This document shows, piece after piece, positions 1 through 15,000 of a DNA stretch of 64,000 nt (position 1 is the first letter of the stretch; every line of letters starts with the position of its first letter). The notes under the pieces were generated by a model. It made no database searches. It saw only the letters and a list, made by a program, of their open reading frames with translations, and was not told where the DNA came from. The DNA is from Eledone cirrhosa (Eukaryota): contig CAXHJY010000928.1 of NCBI GenBank assembly GCA_964016885.1, positions 868,001-932,000 of the forward strand, in the 5' to 3' direction. Position numbers and translations under genes: made by a program.

Positions 1-3000
1 GGAGATAAATTACTGGGAGTCAAATTACTGCGAGATAAATTACTGGGAGTTAAATTACTGGGAAATAAATTACTGGGAGATAAATTACTGGGAGATAAAT
101 TACTGGGAGTCAAATTACACGGAGATAAATTACTGGGAGTCAAATTACTGGGAGATAAATTACTGGGAGTCAAATTACTGGGAGATAAATTACTGGGAGT
201 TGAATTACTGGGAGTCAAATTACTGGGAGTTAAATTACTGGGAGTTAAATTACTGGGAGTCAAATTACTGGGAGATAAATTACTGGGATTTAAATTACTG
301 GGAGTAAAATTACTGGGAGTAAAATTACTGTGAGTTAAATTACTGGGAGTCAAATTACTGGGAGATAAATTACTGGGAGTCAAATTACTGGGAGTTAAAT
401 TACTGGGAGTCAAATTACTGGGAGTCAAATTACTGGGAAATAAATTACTGGGAGATAAATTACTGGGAGTCAAATTACTGGGAGATAAATTACTGGGAGA
501 TAAATTACTGTGAGTTAAATTACTGGGAGATAAATTACTGGGAGTCAAATTACTGCGAGATAAATTACTGGGAGTTAAATTACTGGGAAATAAATTACTG
601 GGAGATAAATTACTGGGAGATAAATTACTGGGAGTCAAATTACACGGAGATAAATTACTGGGAGTCAAATTACTGGGAGATAAATTACTGGGAGTCAAAT
701 TACTGGGAGATAAATTACTGGGAGATAAATTACTGGGAGTTGAATTACTGGGAGTCAAATTACTGGGAGATAAATTACTGGGACTCAAATTACTGGGAGA
801 TAAATTAATGGGAGATAAATTACTGGGAGTTAAATTACTGGGAGTCAAATTACTGGGAGATAAATTACTGGGGGTCAAATTACTGGGAGATAAATTACTG
901 GGATAAAAATTACTGGGAGTCAAATTACTGGGACATAAATTACTGGGAGTTAAATTACTGGGAGATAAATTACTGGGAGTAAAAATTACTGGGAGATAAA
1001 TTACTGGGAGTTAAATTACTGAGAGTCAAATTACTGGGAGTCAAATTACTGGGAGATAAATTACTGGGTGTTAAATTACTGGGAGTCAAATGACTGGGAG
1101 AAAAATTACTGGGAGTCAAATTACTGGTAGATAAATTACTGGGAGTCAAATTACTGGGAGATAAATTACTGGGAGATAAATTACTGGGAGTCAAATTACT
1201 GGGAGATAAATTACTGGGAGATAAATTAATGGGAGTCAAATTACTGCGAGATAAATTACTGGGAGTCAAATTACTGGGAGATAAATTACTGGGAGATAAA
1301 TTACTGGGAGTTAAATTATTGGGAGATAAATTACTGGGAATCAAATTACTGGGAGATAAATTACTGGGAGTCAAATTACTGGGAGTCAAATTACTGGGAG
1401 ATAAATTACTGGGAGATAAATTACTGGGAGATAAATTACTGGGAGTTAAATTATTGGGAGATAAATTACTGGGAGTCAAATTACTGGGAGTCAAATTACT
1501 GGGAGATAAATTACTGGGAGATAAATTACTGGGAGTCAAATTACTGGGACATAAATTACTGGGAGTCAAATTACTGGGAGATAAATTACTGGTAGTCAAA
1601 TTACTGGGAGTTAAATTACTGGGAGTCAAATTACTGGGAGTCAAATTACTGGGAGATAAATTACTGGGAGATAAATTACTGTGAGTTAAATTACTGGGAG
1701 ATAAATTACTGGGAGTCAAATTACTGGGAGATAAATTACTGGGAGTTAAATTACTGGGAGTCAAATTACTGGGAGATAAATTACTGGGAGATAAATTACT
1801 GGGATTCAAATTACTGCGAGATAAATTACTGGGAGATATATTACTGGGAGATAAATTACTGGGAGTCAAATTACTGCGAGATAAATTACTGGGAGTCAAA
1901 TTACTGGGAGACAAATTACTGGGAGATAAATTACTGGGAGTCAAATTACTGGGAGATAAATTACTGGGAGTCAAATTACTGGGAGATAAACTACTGGGAG
2001 ATAAATTACTGGGAGTCAAATTACTGGGAGATAAATTACTGGGAGTCAAATTACTGGGTGATAAATTACTGGGAGTAAAATTACTGTGAGTTAAATTACT
2101 GGGAGTCAAATTACTGGGAGATAAATTACTGGGAGATAAATTACTGGGAGTCAAATTACTGGGAGTTAAATTACTGGGAGTCAAATTACTGGGAGTCAAA
2201 TTACTGGGAGATAAATTACTGGGAGATAAATTACTGGGAGACAAATTACTGGGAGATAAATTACTGGGAGATAAATTACTGGGAGTTAAATTACTGGGAG
2301 TCAAATTACTGGGAGATAAATTACTGGGACTCAAATTACTGGGAGTTTAATTACTGGGAGTCAAACTACTGGGAGATAAATTACTGGGAGATAAATTACT
2401 GGGAGTCAAATTACTGGGAGATAAATTACTGGGAGATAAATTACTGGGAGATAAATTACTGGGAGATAAATTACTGGGATTCAAATTACTGCGAGATAAA
2501 TTACTGGGAGATATATTACTGGGAGATAAATTACTGGGAGTCAAATTACTGCGAGATAAATTACTGGGAGTCAAATTACTGGGAGACAAATTACTGGGAG
2601 ATAAATTACTGGGAGTCAAATTACTGGGAGATAAATTACTGGGAGTCAAATTACTGGGAGATAAACTACTGGGAGATAAATTACTGGGAGTCAAATTACT
2701 GGGAGATAAATTACTGGGAGTCAAATTACTGGGAGTTAAATTACTGGGAGTCAAATTACTGGGAGTCAAATTACTGGGAGATAAATTACTGGGAGATAAA
2801 TTACTGGGAGTCAAATTACTGGGAGATAAATTACTGGGAGATAAATTACTGGGAGTCAAATTACTGGGAGATAAATTACTGGGAGTTAAATTACTGGGAG
2901 TCAAATTACTGGGAGTTAAATTACTGGGAGTCAAATTACTGGGAGATAAATTACTGGGAGTCAAACTACTGGGAGATAAATTACTGAGAGATAAATTACT

Positions 3001-6000
3001 GGGAGTCAAATTACTGAGAGATAAATTACTGGGAGATAAATTACTGGGAGATAAATTACTGGGAGTCAAATTACTGCGAGATAAATTACTGGGAGTTAAA
3101 TTACTGGGAGTCAAATTACTGGGAGTTAAATTACTGGGAGTCAAATTACTGGGAGATAAATTACTGGGAGTCAAACTACTGGGAGATAAATTACTGAGAG
3201 ATAAATTACTGGGAGTCAAATTACTGAGAGATAAATTACTGGGAGTCAAATTACTGGGAGATAAATTACTGGGAGTCAAATTACTGCGAGATAAATTACT
3301 GGGAGTTAAATTCCTGGGAAATAAATTACTGGGAGATAAATTACTGGGAGATAAGTTACTGGGAGTCAAATTACACGGAGATAAATTACTGGGAGATAAA
3401 TTACTGGGAGTTAAATTACTGGGAGTCAAATCACTGGGAGATGAATTACTGGGAGTTAAATTACTGGGAGTCAAATTACTGGGAGGTAAATTACTGGGAG
3501 TTAAATTACTGGGAGTCAAATTACTGGGAGTAAAATTACTGTGAGTTAAATTACTGGGAGTCAAATTACTGGGAGATAAATTACTGGGAGTCAAATTACT
3601 GGGAGATAAATTACTGGGAGTTAAATTACTGGGAGTCAAATTACTGGGAGATAAATTACTGGGAGTCAAATTACTGGGAGATAAATTACTGGGAGTCAAA
3701 CTACTGGGAGATAAATTACTGGGAGATTAATTACTGGGAGTCAAATTACTGGGAGATAAATTACTGGGAGATAAATTACTGGGAGTCAAATTACAGGGAG
3801 ATAATTTACTGGGAGTCAAATTACTGGGAGATATATTACTGGGAGTTAAATTACTGGGAGATAAATTACTGGGAGTCAAATTACTGGGAGATAAATTACT
3901 GGGAGTCAAATTACTGGGAGTTAAATTACTGGGAGTCAAATTACTGGGAGTAAAATTACTGTGAGTTAAATTACTGGGAGTCAAATTACTGGGAGATAAA
4001 TTACTGGGAGATAAATTACTGGGAGTCAAATTACTGGGAGTTAAATTACTGGGAGTCAAATTACTGGGAGTCAAATTACTGGGAGATAAATTACTGGAAG
4101 ATAAATTACTGGGAGTCAAATTACTGGGAGTTAAATTACTGGGAGATAAATTACTGGGAGTTAAATTACTGGGAGTCAAATTACTGGTAGATAAATTAAT
4201 GGGAGATAAATTACTGGGAGTTAAATTACTGGGAGTCAAATTACTGGGAGAAAAATTACTGGGAGTCAAATTTCTGGGAGTCAAATTACTGGGAGATAAA
4301 TTACTGGGGGTCAAATTACTGGGAGATAAATTACTGGGAGATAAATTACTGGGAGTCAAATTACTGGGAGATATATTACTGGGAGATAAATTACTGGGAG
4401 TCAAATTACTGCGAGATAAATTACTGGGAGTCAAATTACTGGGAGACAAATTACTGGGAGATAAATTACTGGGAGTTAAATTATTGGGAGATAAATTACT
4501 GGGAGTCAAATTACTGGGAGATAAATTACTGGAAGTCAAATTACTGGGAGTCAAATTACTGGGAGACAAATTACTGGGAGATAAATTACTGGGAGTTAAA
4601 TTATTGGGAGATAAATTACTGGGAGACAAATTACTGGGAGATAAATTACTGGGAGTTAAATTATTGGGAGATAAATTACTGGGAGTCAAATTACTGGGAG
4701 ATAAATTACTGGGAGTCAAATTACTGCGAGATAAATTACTGGGAGTTAAATTACTGGGAAATAAATTACTGGGAGATAAATTACTGGGAGATAAATTACT
4801 GGGAGTCAAATTACACGGAGATAAATTACTGGGAGTCAAATTACTGGGAGATAAATTACTGGGAGTCAAATTACTGGGAGATAAATTACTGGGAGTTGAA
4901 TTACTGGGAGTCAAATTACTGGGAGTTAAATTACTGGGAGTTAAATTACTGGGAGTCAAATTACTGGGAGATAAATTACTGGGATTTAAATTACTGGGAG
5001 TAAAATTACTGGGAGTAAAATTACTGTGAGTTAAATTACTGGGAGTCAAATTACTGGGAGATAAATTACTGGGAGTCAAATTACTGGGAGTTAAATTACT
5101 GGGAGTCAAATTACTGGGAGTCAAATTACTGGGAAATAAATTACTGGGAGATAAATTACTGGGAGTCAAATTACTGGGAGATAAATTACTGGGAGATAAA
5201 TTACTGTGAGTTAAATTACTGGGAGATAAATTACTGGGAGTCAAATTACTGCGAGATAAATTACTGGGAGTTAAATTACTGGGAAATAAATTACTGGGAG
5301 ATAAATTACTGGGAGATAAATTACTGGGAGTCAAATTACACGGAGATAAATTACTGGGAGTCAAATTACTGGGAGATAAATTACTGGGAGTCAAATTACT
5401 GGGAGATAAATTACTGGGAGATAAATTACTGGGAGTTGAATTACTGGGAGTCAAATTACTGGGAGATAAATTACTGGGACTCAAATTACTGGGAGATAAA
5501 TTAATGGGAGATAAATTACTGGGAGTTAAATTACTGGGAGTCAAATTACTGGGAGATAAATTACTGGGGGTCAAATTACTGGGAGATAAATTACTGGGAT
5601 AAAAATTACTGGGAGTCAAATTACTGGGACATAAATTACTGGGAGTTAAATTACTGGGAGATAAATTACTGGGAGTAAAAATTACTGGGAGATAAATTAC
5701 TGGGAGTTAAATTACTGAGAGTCAAATTACTGGGAGTCAAATTACTGGGAGATAAATTACTGGGTGTTAAATTACTGGGAGTCAAATGACTGGGAGAAAA
5801 ATTACTGGGAGTCAAATTACTGGTAGATAAATTACTGGGAGTCAAATTACTGGGAGATAAATTACTGGGAGATAAATTACTGGGAGTCAAATTACTGGGA
5901 GATAAATTACTGGGAGATAAATTAATGGGAGTCAAATTACTGCGAGATAAATTACTGGGAGTCAAATTACTGGGAGATAAATTACTGGGAGATAAATTAC

Positions 6001-9000
6001 TGGGAGTTAAATTATTGGGAGATAAATTACTGGGAATCAAATTACTGGGAGATAAATTACTGGGAGTCAAATTACTGGGAGTCAAATTACTGGGAGATAA
6101 ATTACTGGGAGATAAATTACTGGGAGATAAATTACTGGGAGTTAAATTATTGGGAGATAAATTACTGGGAGTCAAATTACTGGGAGTCAAATTACTGGGA
6201 GATAAATTACTGGGAGATAAATTACTGGGAGTCAAATTACTGGGACATAAATTACTGGGAGTCAAATTACTGGGAGATAAATTACTGGTAGTCAAATTAC
6301 TGGGAGTTAAATTACTGGGAGTCAAATTACTGGGAGTCAAATTACTGGGAGATAAATTACTGGGAGATAAATTACTGTGAGTTAAATTACTGGGAGATAA
6401 ATTACTGGGAGTCAAATTACTGGGAGATAAATTACTGGGAGTTAAATTACTGGGAGTCAAATTACTGGGAGATAAATTACTGGGAGATAAATTACTGGGA
6501 TTCAAATTACTGCGAGATAAATTACTGGGAGATATATTACTGGGAGATAAATTACTGGGAGTCAAATTACTGCGAGATAAATTACTGGGAGTCAAATTAC
6601 TGGGAGACAAATTACTGGGAGATAAATTACTGGGAGTCAAATTACTGGGAGATAAATTACTGGGAGTCAAATTACTGGGAGATAAACTACTGGGAGATAA
6701 ATTACTGGGAGTCAAATTACTGGGAGATAAATTACTGGGAGTCAAATTACTGGGTGATAAATTACTGGGAGTAAAATTACTGTGAGTTAAATTACTGGGA
6801 GTCAAATTACTGGGAGATAAATTACTGGGAGATAAATTACTGGGAGTCAAATTACTGGGAGTTAAATTACTGGGAGTCAAATTACTGGGAGTCAAATTAC
6901 TGGGAGATAAATTACTGGGAGATAAATTACTGGGAGACAAATTACTGGGAGATAAATTACTGGGAGATAAATTACTGGGAGTCAAATTACTGGGAGATAA
7001 ATTACTGGGAGTTAAATTACTGGGAGTCAAATTACTGGGAGTTAAATTACTGGGAGTCAAATTACTGGGAGATAAATTACTGGGAGTTAAATTACTGGGA
7101 AATAAATTACTGGGAGATAAATTACTGGGAGATAAATTACTGGGAGTCAAATTACACGGAGATAAATTACTGGGAGTCAAATTACTGGGAGATAAATTAC
7201 TGGGAGTCAAATTACTGGGAGATAAATTACTGGGAGATAAATTACTGGGAGTTGAATTACTGGGAGTCAAATTACTGGGAGATAAATTACTGGGACTCAA
7301 ATTACTGGGAGATAAATTAATGGGAGATAAATTACTGGGAGTTAAATTACTGGGAGTCAAATTACTGGGAGATAAATTACTGGGGGTCAAATTACTGGGA
7401 GATAAATTACTGGGATAAAAATTACTGGGAGTCAAATTACTGGGAGATAAATTACTGGGAGTTAAATTACTGGGAGATAAATTACTGGGAGTAAAAATTA
7501 CTGGGAGATAAATTACTGGGAGTTAAATTACTGAGAGTCAAATTACTGGGAGTCAAATTACTGGGAGATAAATTACTGGGTGTTAAATTACTGGGAGTCA
7601 AATGACTGGGAGAAAAATTACTGGGAGTCAAATTACTGGTAGATAAATTACTGGGAGTCAAATTACTGGGAGATAAATTACTGGGAGATAAATTACTGGG
7701 AGTCAAATTACTGGGAGATAAATTACTGGGAGATAAATTAATGGGAGTCAAATTACTGCGAGATAAATTACTGGGAGTCAAATTACTGGGAGATAAATTA
7801 CTGGGAGATAAATTACTGGGAGTTCAATTATTGGGAGATAAATTACTGGGAATCAAATTACTGGGAGATAAATTACTGGGAGTCAAATTACTGGGAGTCA
7901 AATTACTGGGAGATAAATTACTGGGAGATAAATTACTGGGAGATAAATTACTGGGAGTTAAATTATTGGGAGATAAATTACTGGGAGTCAAATTACTGGG
8001 AGTCAAATTACTGGGAGATAAATTACTGGGAGATAAATTACTGGGAGTCAAATTACTGGGACATAAATTACTGGGAGTCAAATTACTGGGAGATAAATTA
8101 CTGGGAGTCAAATTATTGGGAGTTAAATTACTGGGAGATAAATTACTGGGAGTCAAATTACTGGGAGATGAATTACTGGGACTCAAATTACTGGGAGATA
8201 AATTAATAGGAGATAAATTACTGGGAGTTAAATTACTGGGAGTCAAATTACTGGGAGAAAAATTACTGGGAGTCAAATTTCTGGGAGTCAAATTACTGGG
8301 AGTCAAATTACTGGGAGATAAATTACTGGTAGATAAATTACTGGGAGTTAAATTATTGGGAGATAAATTACTGGGAGTCAAATTACTGGGAGATAAATTA
8401 CTGGGAGTCAAATTACTGGGAGATAAATTACTGGGAGTCAAATTACTGGGAGATAAACTACTGGGAGATAAATTACTGGGAGTCAAATTACTGCGAGATA
8501 AATTACTGGGAGATAAATTACTGGGAGATATATTACTGGGAGTCAAATTACTGGGAGATAAATTACTGGGAGATAAATTACTGGGAGATAAATTACTGGG
8601 AATCAAATTACTGGGAGATAAATTACTGGGAGTCAAATTACTGGGAGTCAAATTACTGGGAGATAAATTACTGGGAGTCAAATTACTGGGAGATAAATTA
8701 CTGGGAGTCAAATTACTGCGAGATAAATTACTGGGAGATAAATTACTGGGAAATAAATTACTGGGAGATAAATTACTGGGAGATAAATTACTGGGAGTCA
8801 AATTACTGGGAGTCAAATTACTGGGAGATAAATTACTGGGAGTCAAATTACTGGGAGATAAATTACTGGGAGTCAAATTACTGGGAGATAAATTACTGGG
8901 AGTCAAATTACTGGGAGTTAAATTACTGGGAGTTAAATTACTGGGAGATAAATTGCTGGGAGTTAAATTACTGGGAGTCAAATTACTGGGAGATAAATTA

Positions 9001-12000
9001 CTGGGAGTCAAATTACTGGGAGATAAATTACTGGCAGATAAATTACTGGGAGTTAAATTACTGGGAGTCAAATTACTGGGAGAAAAATTACTGGGAGTCA
9101 AATTTCTGGGAGTCAAATTACTGGGAGTCAAATTACTGGGAGTCAAATTACTGGGAGATAAATTACTGGGAGTTAAATTATTGGGAGATAAATTACTGGG
9201 AGTCAAATTACTGGGAGATAAATTACTGGGAGTCAAATTACTGGGAGATAAATTACTGGGAGATAAATTACTGGGAGATAAATTACTGGGAGTCAAATTA
9301 CACGGAGATAAATTACTGGGAGTCAAATTACTGGGAGATAAATTACTGGGAGTCAAATTACTGGGAGTCAAATTACTGGGAGATAAATTACTGGGAGTCA
9401 AATTACTGGGAGATAAATTACTGGGAGTCAAATTACTGCGAGATAAATTACTGGGAGATAAATTACTGGGAAATAAATTACTGGGAGATAAATTACTGGG
9501 AGATAAATTACTGGGAGTCAAATTACTGGGAGTCAAATTACTGGGAGTCAAATTAGTGGGAGATAAATTACTGGGAGTTATATTACTGGGAGATAAATTG
9601 CTGGGAGTTAAATTACTGGGAGTCAAATTACTGGGAGATAAATTACTGGGAGTCAAATTACTGGGAGATAAATTACTGGGAGTCAAATTACTGGGAGTTA
9701 AATTACTGGGAGTTAAATTACTGGGAGATAAATTGCTGGGAGTTAAATTACTGGGAGTCAAATTACTGGGAGATAAATTACTGGGAGTCAAATTACTGGG
9801 AGATAAATTACTGGCAGATAAATTACTGGGAGTTAAATTACTGGGAGTCAAATTACTGGGAGAAAAATTACTGGGAGTCAAATTTCTGGGAGTCAAATTA
9901 CTGGGAGTCAAATTACTGGGAGTCAAATTACTGGGAGATAAATTACTGGGAGTTAAATTATTGGGAGATAAATTACTGGGAGTCAAATTACTGGGAGATA
10001 AATTACTGGGAGTCAAATTACTGGGAGATAAATTACTGGGAGATAAATTACTGGGAGATAAATTACTGGGAGTCAAATTACACGGAGATAAATTACTGGG
10101 AGTCAAATTACTGGGAGATAAATTACTGGGAGTCAAATTACTGGGAGATAAACTACTGGGAGATAAATTACTGGGAGTCAAATTACTGGGAAATAAATTA
10201 CTGGGAGATAAATTACTGGGAGATAAATTACTGGGAGTCAAATTACACAGAGATAAATTACTGGGAGATAAATTACTGGGAGTCAAATTACTGGGAGATA
10301 AATTACTGGGAGATAAATTACTGGGAGTTAAATTATTGGGAGATAAATTACTGTGAGTCAAATTACTGGGAGATAAATTACTGGGAGTCAAATTACTGGG
10401 AGATAAATTACTGGGAGTCAAATTATGGGAGTCAAATTACTGGGAGATAAATTACTGGGAGATAAAATACTGGGAGTCAAATTACTGCGAGATAAATTAC
10501 TGGGAGTCAAATTACTGCGAGATAAATTACTGGGAGTTAATTACTGGGAGTTAAATTACTGGGAGATAAATTGCTGTGAGTTAAATTACTGGGAGTCAAA
10601 TTACTGGGAGATAAATTACTGGGAGATAAATTACTGGGAGTTAAATTATTGGGAGATAAATTACTGGGAGTCAAATTACTGGGAGATAAATTACTGGGAG
10701 TCAAATTACTGGGAGATAAATTACTGGGAGTCAAATTACTGGGAGATAAACTACTGGGAGATAAATTAATGGGAGATAAATTACTGGGAGATAAATTACT
10801 GGGATTCAAATTACTGCGAGATAAATTACTGGGAGATATATTACTGGCAAATAAATTACTGGGAGTCAAATTACTGGGAGACAAATTACTGGGAGATAAA
10901 TTACTGGGAGTTAAATTATTGGGAGATAAATTACTGGGAGTCAAATTACTGGGAGATAAATTACTGGGAGTCAAATTACTGGGAGATAAATTACTGGGAG
11001 TCAAATTACTGGGAGATAAATTACTGGGAGTCAAATTACTGCGAGATAAATTACTGGGAGTTAAATTACTGGGAAATAAATTACTGGGAGATAAATTACT
11101 GGGAGATAAATTACTGGGAGTCAAATTACACGGAGATAAATTACTGGGAGTCAAATTACTGGGAGATAAATTACTGGGAGTCAAATTACTGGGAGATAAA
11201 TTACTGGGAGTCAAATTACTGCGAGATAAATTACTGGGAGATAAATTACTGGGAAATAAATTACTGGGAGATAAATTACTGGGAGATAAATTACTGGGAG
11301 TCAAATTACTGGGAGTCAAATTACTGGGAGTCAAATTAGTGGGAGATAAATTACTGGGAGTTAAATTACTGGGAGATAAATTGCTGGGAGTTAAATTACT
11401 GGGAGTCAAATTACTGGGAGATAAATTACTGGGAGTCAAATTACTGGGAGATAAATTACTGGGAGTTAAATTACTGGGAGATAAATTGCTGGGAGTTAAA
11501 TTACTGGGAGTCAAATTGCTGGGAGATAAATTACTGGGAGTCAAATTACTGGGAGATAAATTACTGGCAGATAAATTACTGGGAGTTAAATTACTGGGAG
11601 TCAAATTACTGGGAGAAAAATTACTGGGAGTCAAATTTCTGGGAGTCAAATTACTGGGAGTCAAATTACTGGGAGTCAAATTACTGGGAGATAAATTACT
11701 GGGAGTTAAATTATTGGGAGATAAATTACTGGGAGTCAAATTACTGGGAGATAAATTACTGGGAGTCAAATTACTGGGAGATAAATTACTGGGAGATAAA
11801 TTACTGGGAGATAAATTACTGGGAGTCAAATTACTGGGAGATAAATTACTGGGAGTCAAATTACTGGGAGATAAATTACTGGGAGTCAAATTACTGGGAG
11901 ATAAATTACTGGGAGTCAAATTACTGCGAGATGAATTACTGGGAGTTAAATTACTGGGAAATAAATTACTGGGAGATAAATTACTGGGAGATAAATTACT

Positions 12001-15000
12001 GGGAGTCAAATTACACGGAGATAAATTACTGGGAGTCAAATTACTGGGAGATAAATTACTGGGAGTCAAATTACTGGGAGATAAATTACTGGGAGATAAA
12101 TTACTGGGAGTTAAATTACTGGGAGTCAAATTACTGGGAGATGAATTACTGGGAGTTAAATTACTGGGAGTCAAATTACTGGGAGATAAATTACTGGGAG
12201 TTAAATTACTGGCAGTCAAATTACTGGGAGTAAAATTACTGTGAGTTAAATTACTGGGAGTCAAATTACTGGGAGATAAATTACTGGGAGTCAAATTACT
12301 GGGAGTTAAATTACTGGCAGTCAAATTACTGGGAGTCAAATTACTGGGAGATAAATTACTGGGAGATAAATTACTGGGAGTCACATTACTGGGAGATAAA
12401 TTACTGGGAGATAAATTACTGTGAGTTAAATTACTGGGAGATAAATTACTGGGAGTCAAATTACTGGGAGATAAATTACTGGGAGTTAAATTACTGGGAG
12501 TCAAATTACTGGGAGATAAATTACTGGGAGTCAAATTACTGGGAGATAAATTACTGGGAGTCAAACTACTGGGAGATAAATTACTGGGAGATTAATTACT
12601 GGGAGTCAAATTACTGGGAGATAAATTACTGGGAGATAAATTACTGGGAGATAAATTAATGGGAGATAAATTACTGGGAGATAAATTACTGGGATTCAAA
12701 TTACTGCGAGATAAATTACTGGGAGTCAAATTACTGGGAGATAAATTACTGGGAGATAAATTACTGGGAGTTAAATTACTGGGAGATAAATTACTGGGAG
12801 TCAAATTACAGGGAGATAATTTACTGGGAGTCAAATTACTGGGAGATATATTACTGGGAGTTAAATTACTGGGAGATAAATTACTGGGAGTCAAATTACT
12901 GGGAGATAAATTACTGGGAGATAAATTACTGGGAGTTAAATTACTGGGAGTCAAATTACTGGGAGTAAAATTACTGTGAGTTACATTACTGGGAGTCAAA
13001 TTACTGGGAGATAAATTACTGGGAGATAAATTACTGGGAGTCAAATTACTGGGAGTTAAATTACTGGGAGTCAAATTACTGGGAGTCAAATTACTGGGAG
13101 ATAAATTACTGGGAGATAAATTACTGGGAGTCAAATTACTGGGAGATAAATTACTGGGAGATAAATTAATGGGAGATAAATTACTGGGAGATAAATTACT
13201 GGGATTCAAATTACTGCGAGATAAATTACTGGGAGTCAAATTACTGGGAGATAAATTACTGGGAGATAAATTACTGGGAGTTAAATTACTGGGAGATTAA
13301 TTACTGGGAGATACATTACTGGGAGTCAAATTACTGGGAGATAAATTACTGGGAGTCAAATTACTGGGAGTTAAATTACTGGGAGATAAATTACTGGGAG
13401 TTAAATTACTGGGAGTCAAATTACTGGGAGATAAATTACTTGGACTCAAATTACTGGTAGATAAATTAATGGGAGATAAATTACTGGGAGTTAAATTACT
13501 GGGAGTCAAATTACTGGGAGAAAAATTACTGGGAGTCAAATTTCTGGGAGTCAAATTACTGGGAGATAAATTACTGGGGGTCAAATTACTGGGAGATAAA
13601 TTACTGGGAGATAAATTACTGGGAGTCAAATTACTGGGAGATAAATTACTGGGAGATATATTACTGGGAGATAAATTACTGGGAGTCAAATTACTGCGAG
13701 ATAAATTACTGGGAGTCAAATTACTGGGAGACAAATTACTGGGAGATAAATTACTGGGAGTTAAATTATTGGGAGATAAATTACTGGGAGTCAAATTACT
13801 GGGAGATAAATTACTGGGAGTCAAATTACTGCGAGATAAATTACTGGGAGTCAAATTACTGGGAGACAAATTACTGGGAGATAAATTACTGGGAGTTAAA
13901 TTATTGGGAGATAAATTACTGGGAGTCAAATTACTGGGAGATAAATTACTGGGAGTCAAATTACTGGGAGATAAATTACTGGGAGTCAAATTACTGGGAG
14001 ATAAATTACTGGGAGTCAAATTACTGCGAGATAAATTACTGGGAGTTAAATTACTGGGAACTAAATTACTGGGAGATAAATTACTGGGAGATAAATTACT
14101 GGGAGTCAAATTACACGGAGATAAATTACTGGGAGTCAAATTACTGGGAGATAAATTACTGGGAGTCAAATTACTGGGAGATAAATTACTGGGAGATAAA
14201 TTACTGGGAGTTGAATTACTGGGAGTCAAATTACTGGGAGATAAATTACTGGGAGTTAAATTACTGGGAGTCAAATTACTGGGAGATAAATTACTGGGAG
14301 TTAAATTACTGGGAGTAAAATTACTGGGAGTAAAATTACTGGGAGTAAAATTACTGTGAGTTAAATTACTGGGAGTCAAATTACTGGGAGATAAATTACT
14401 GGGAGTCAAATTACTGGGAGTTAAATTACTGGGAGTCAAATTACTGGGAGTCAAATTACTGGGAAATAAATTACTGGGAGATAAATTACTGGGAGTCAAA
14501 TTACTGGGAGATAAATTACTGGGAGATAAATTACTGTGAGTTAAATTACTGGGAGATAAATTACTGGGAGTCAAATTACTGCGAGATAAATTACTGGGAG
14601 TTAAATTACTGGGAAATAAATTACTGGGAGATAAATTACTGGGAGATAAATTACTGGGAGTCAAATTACACGGAGATAAATTAGTGGGAGTCAAATTACT
14701 GGGAGATAAATTACTGGGAGTCAAATTACTGGGAGATAAATTACTGGGAGATAAATTACTGGGAGTTGAATTACTGGGAGTCAAATTACTGGGAGATAAA
14801 TTACTGGGAGTTAAATTACTGCGAGTCAAATTACTGGGAGATAAATTACTGGGAGTTAAATTACTGGGAGTAAAATTACTGGGAGTAAAATTACTGTGAG
14901 TTAAATTACTGGGAGTCAAATTACTGGGAGATAAATTACTGGGAGTCAAATTACTGGGAGTTAAATTACTGGGAGTCAAATTACTGGGAGTCAAATTACT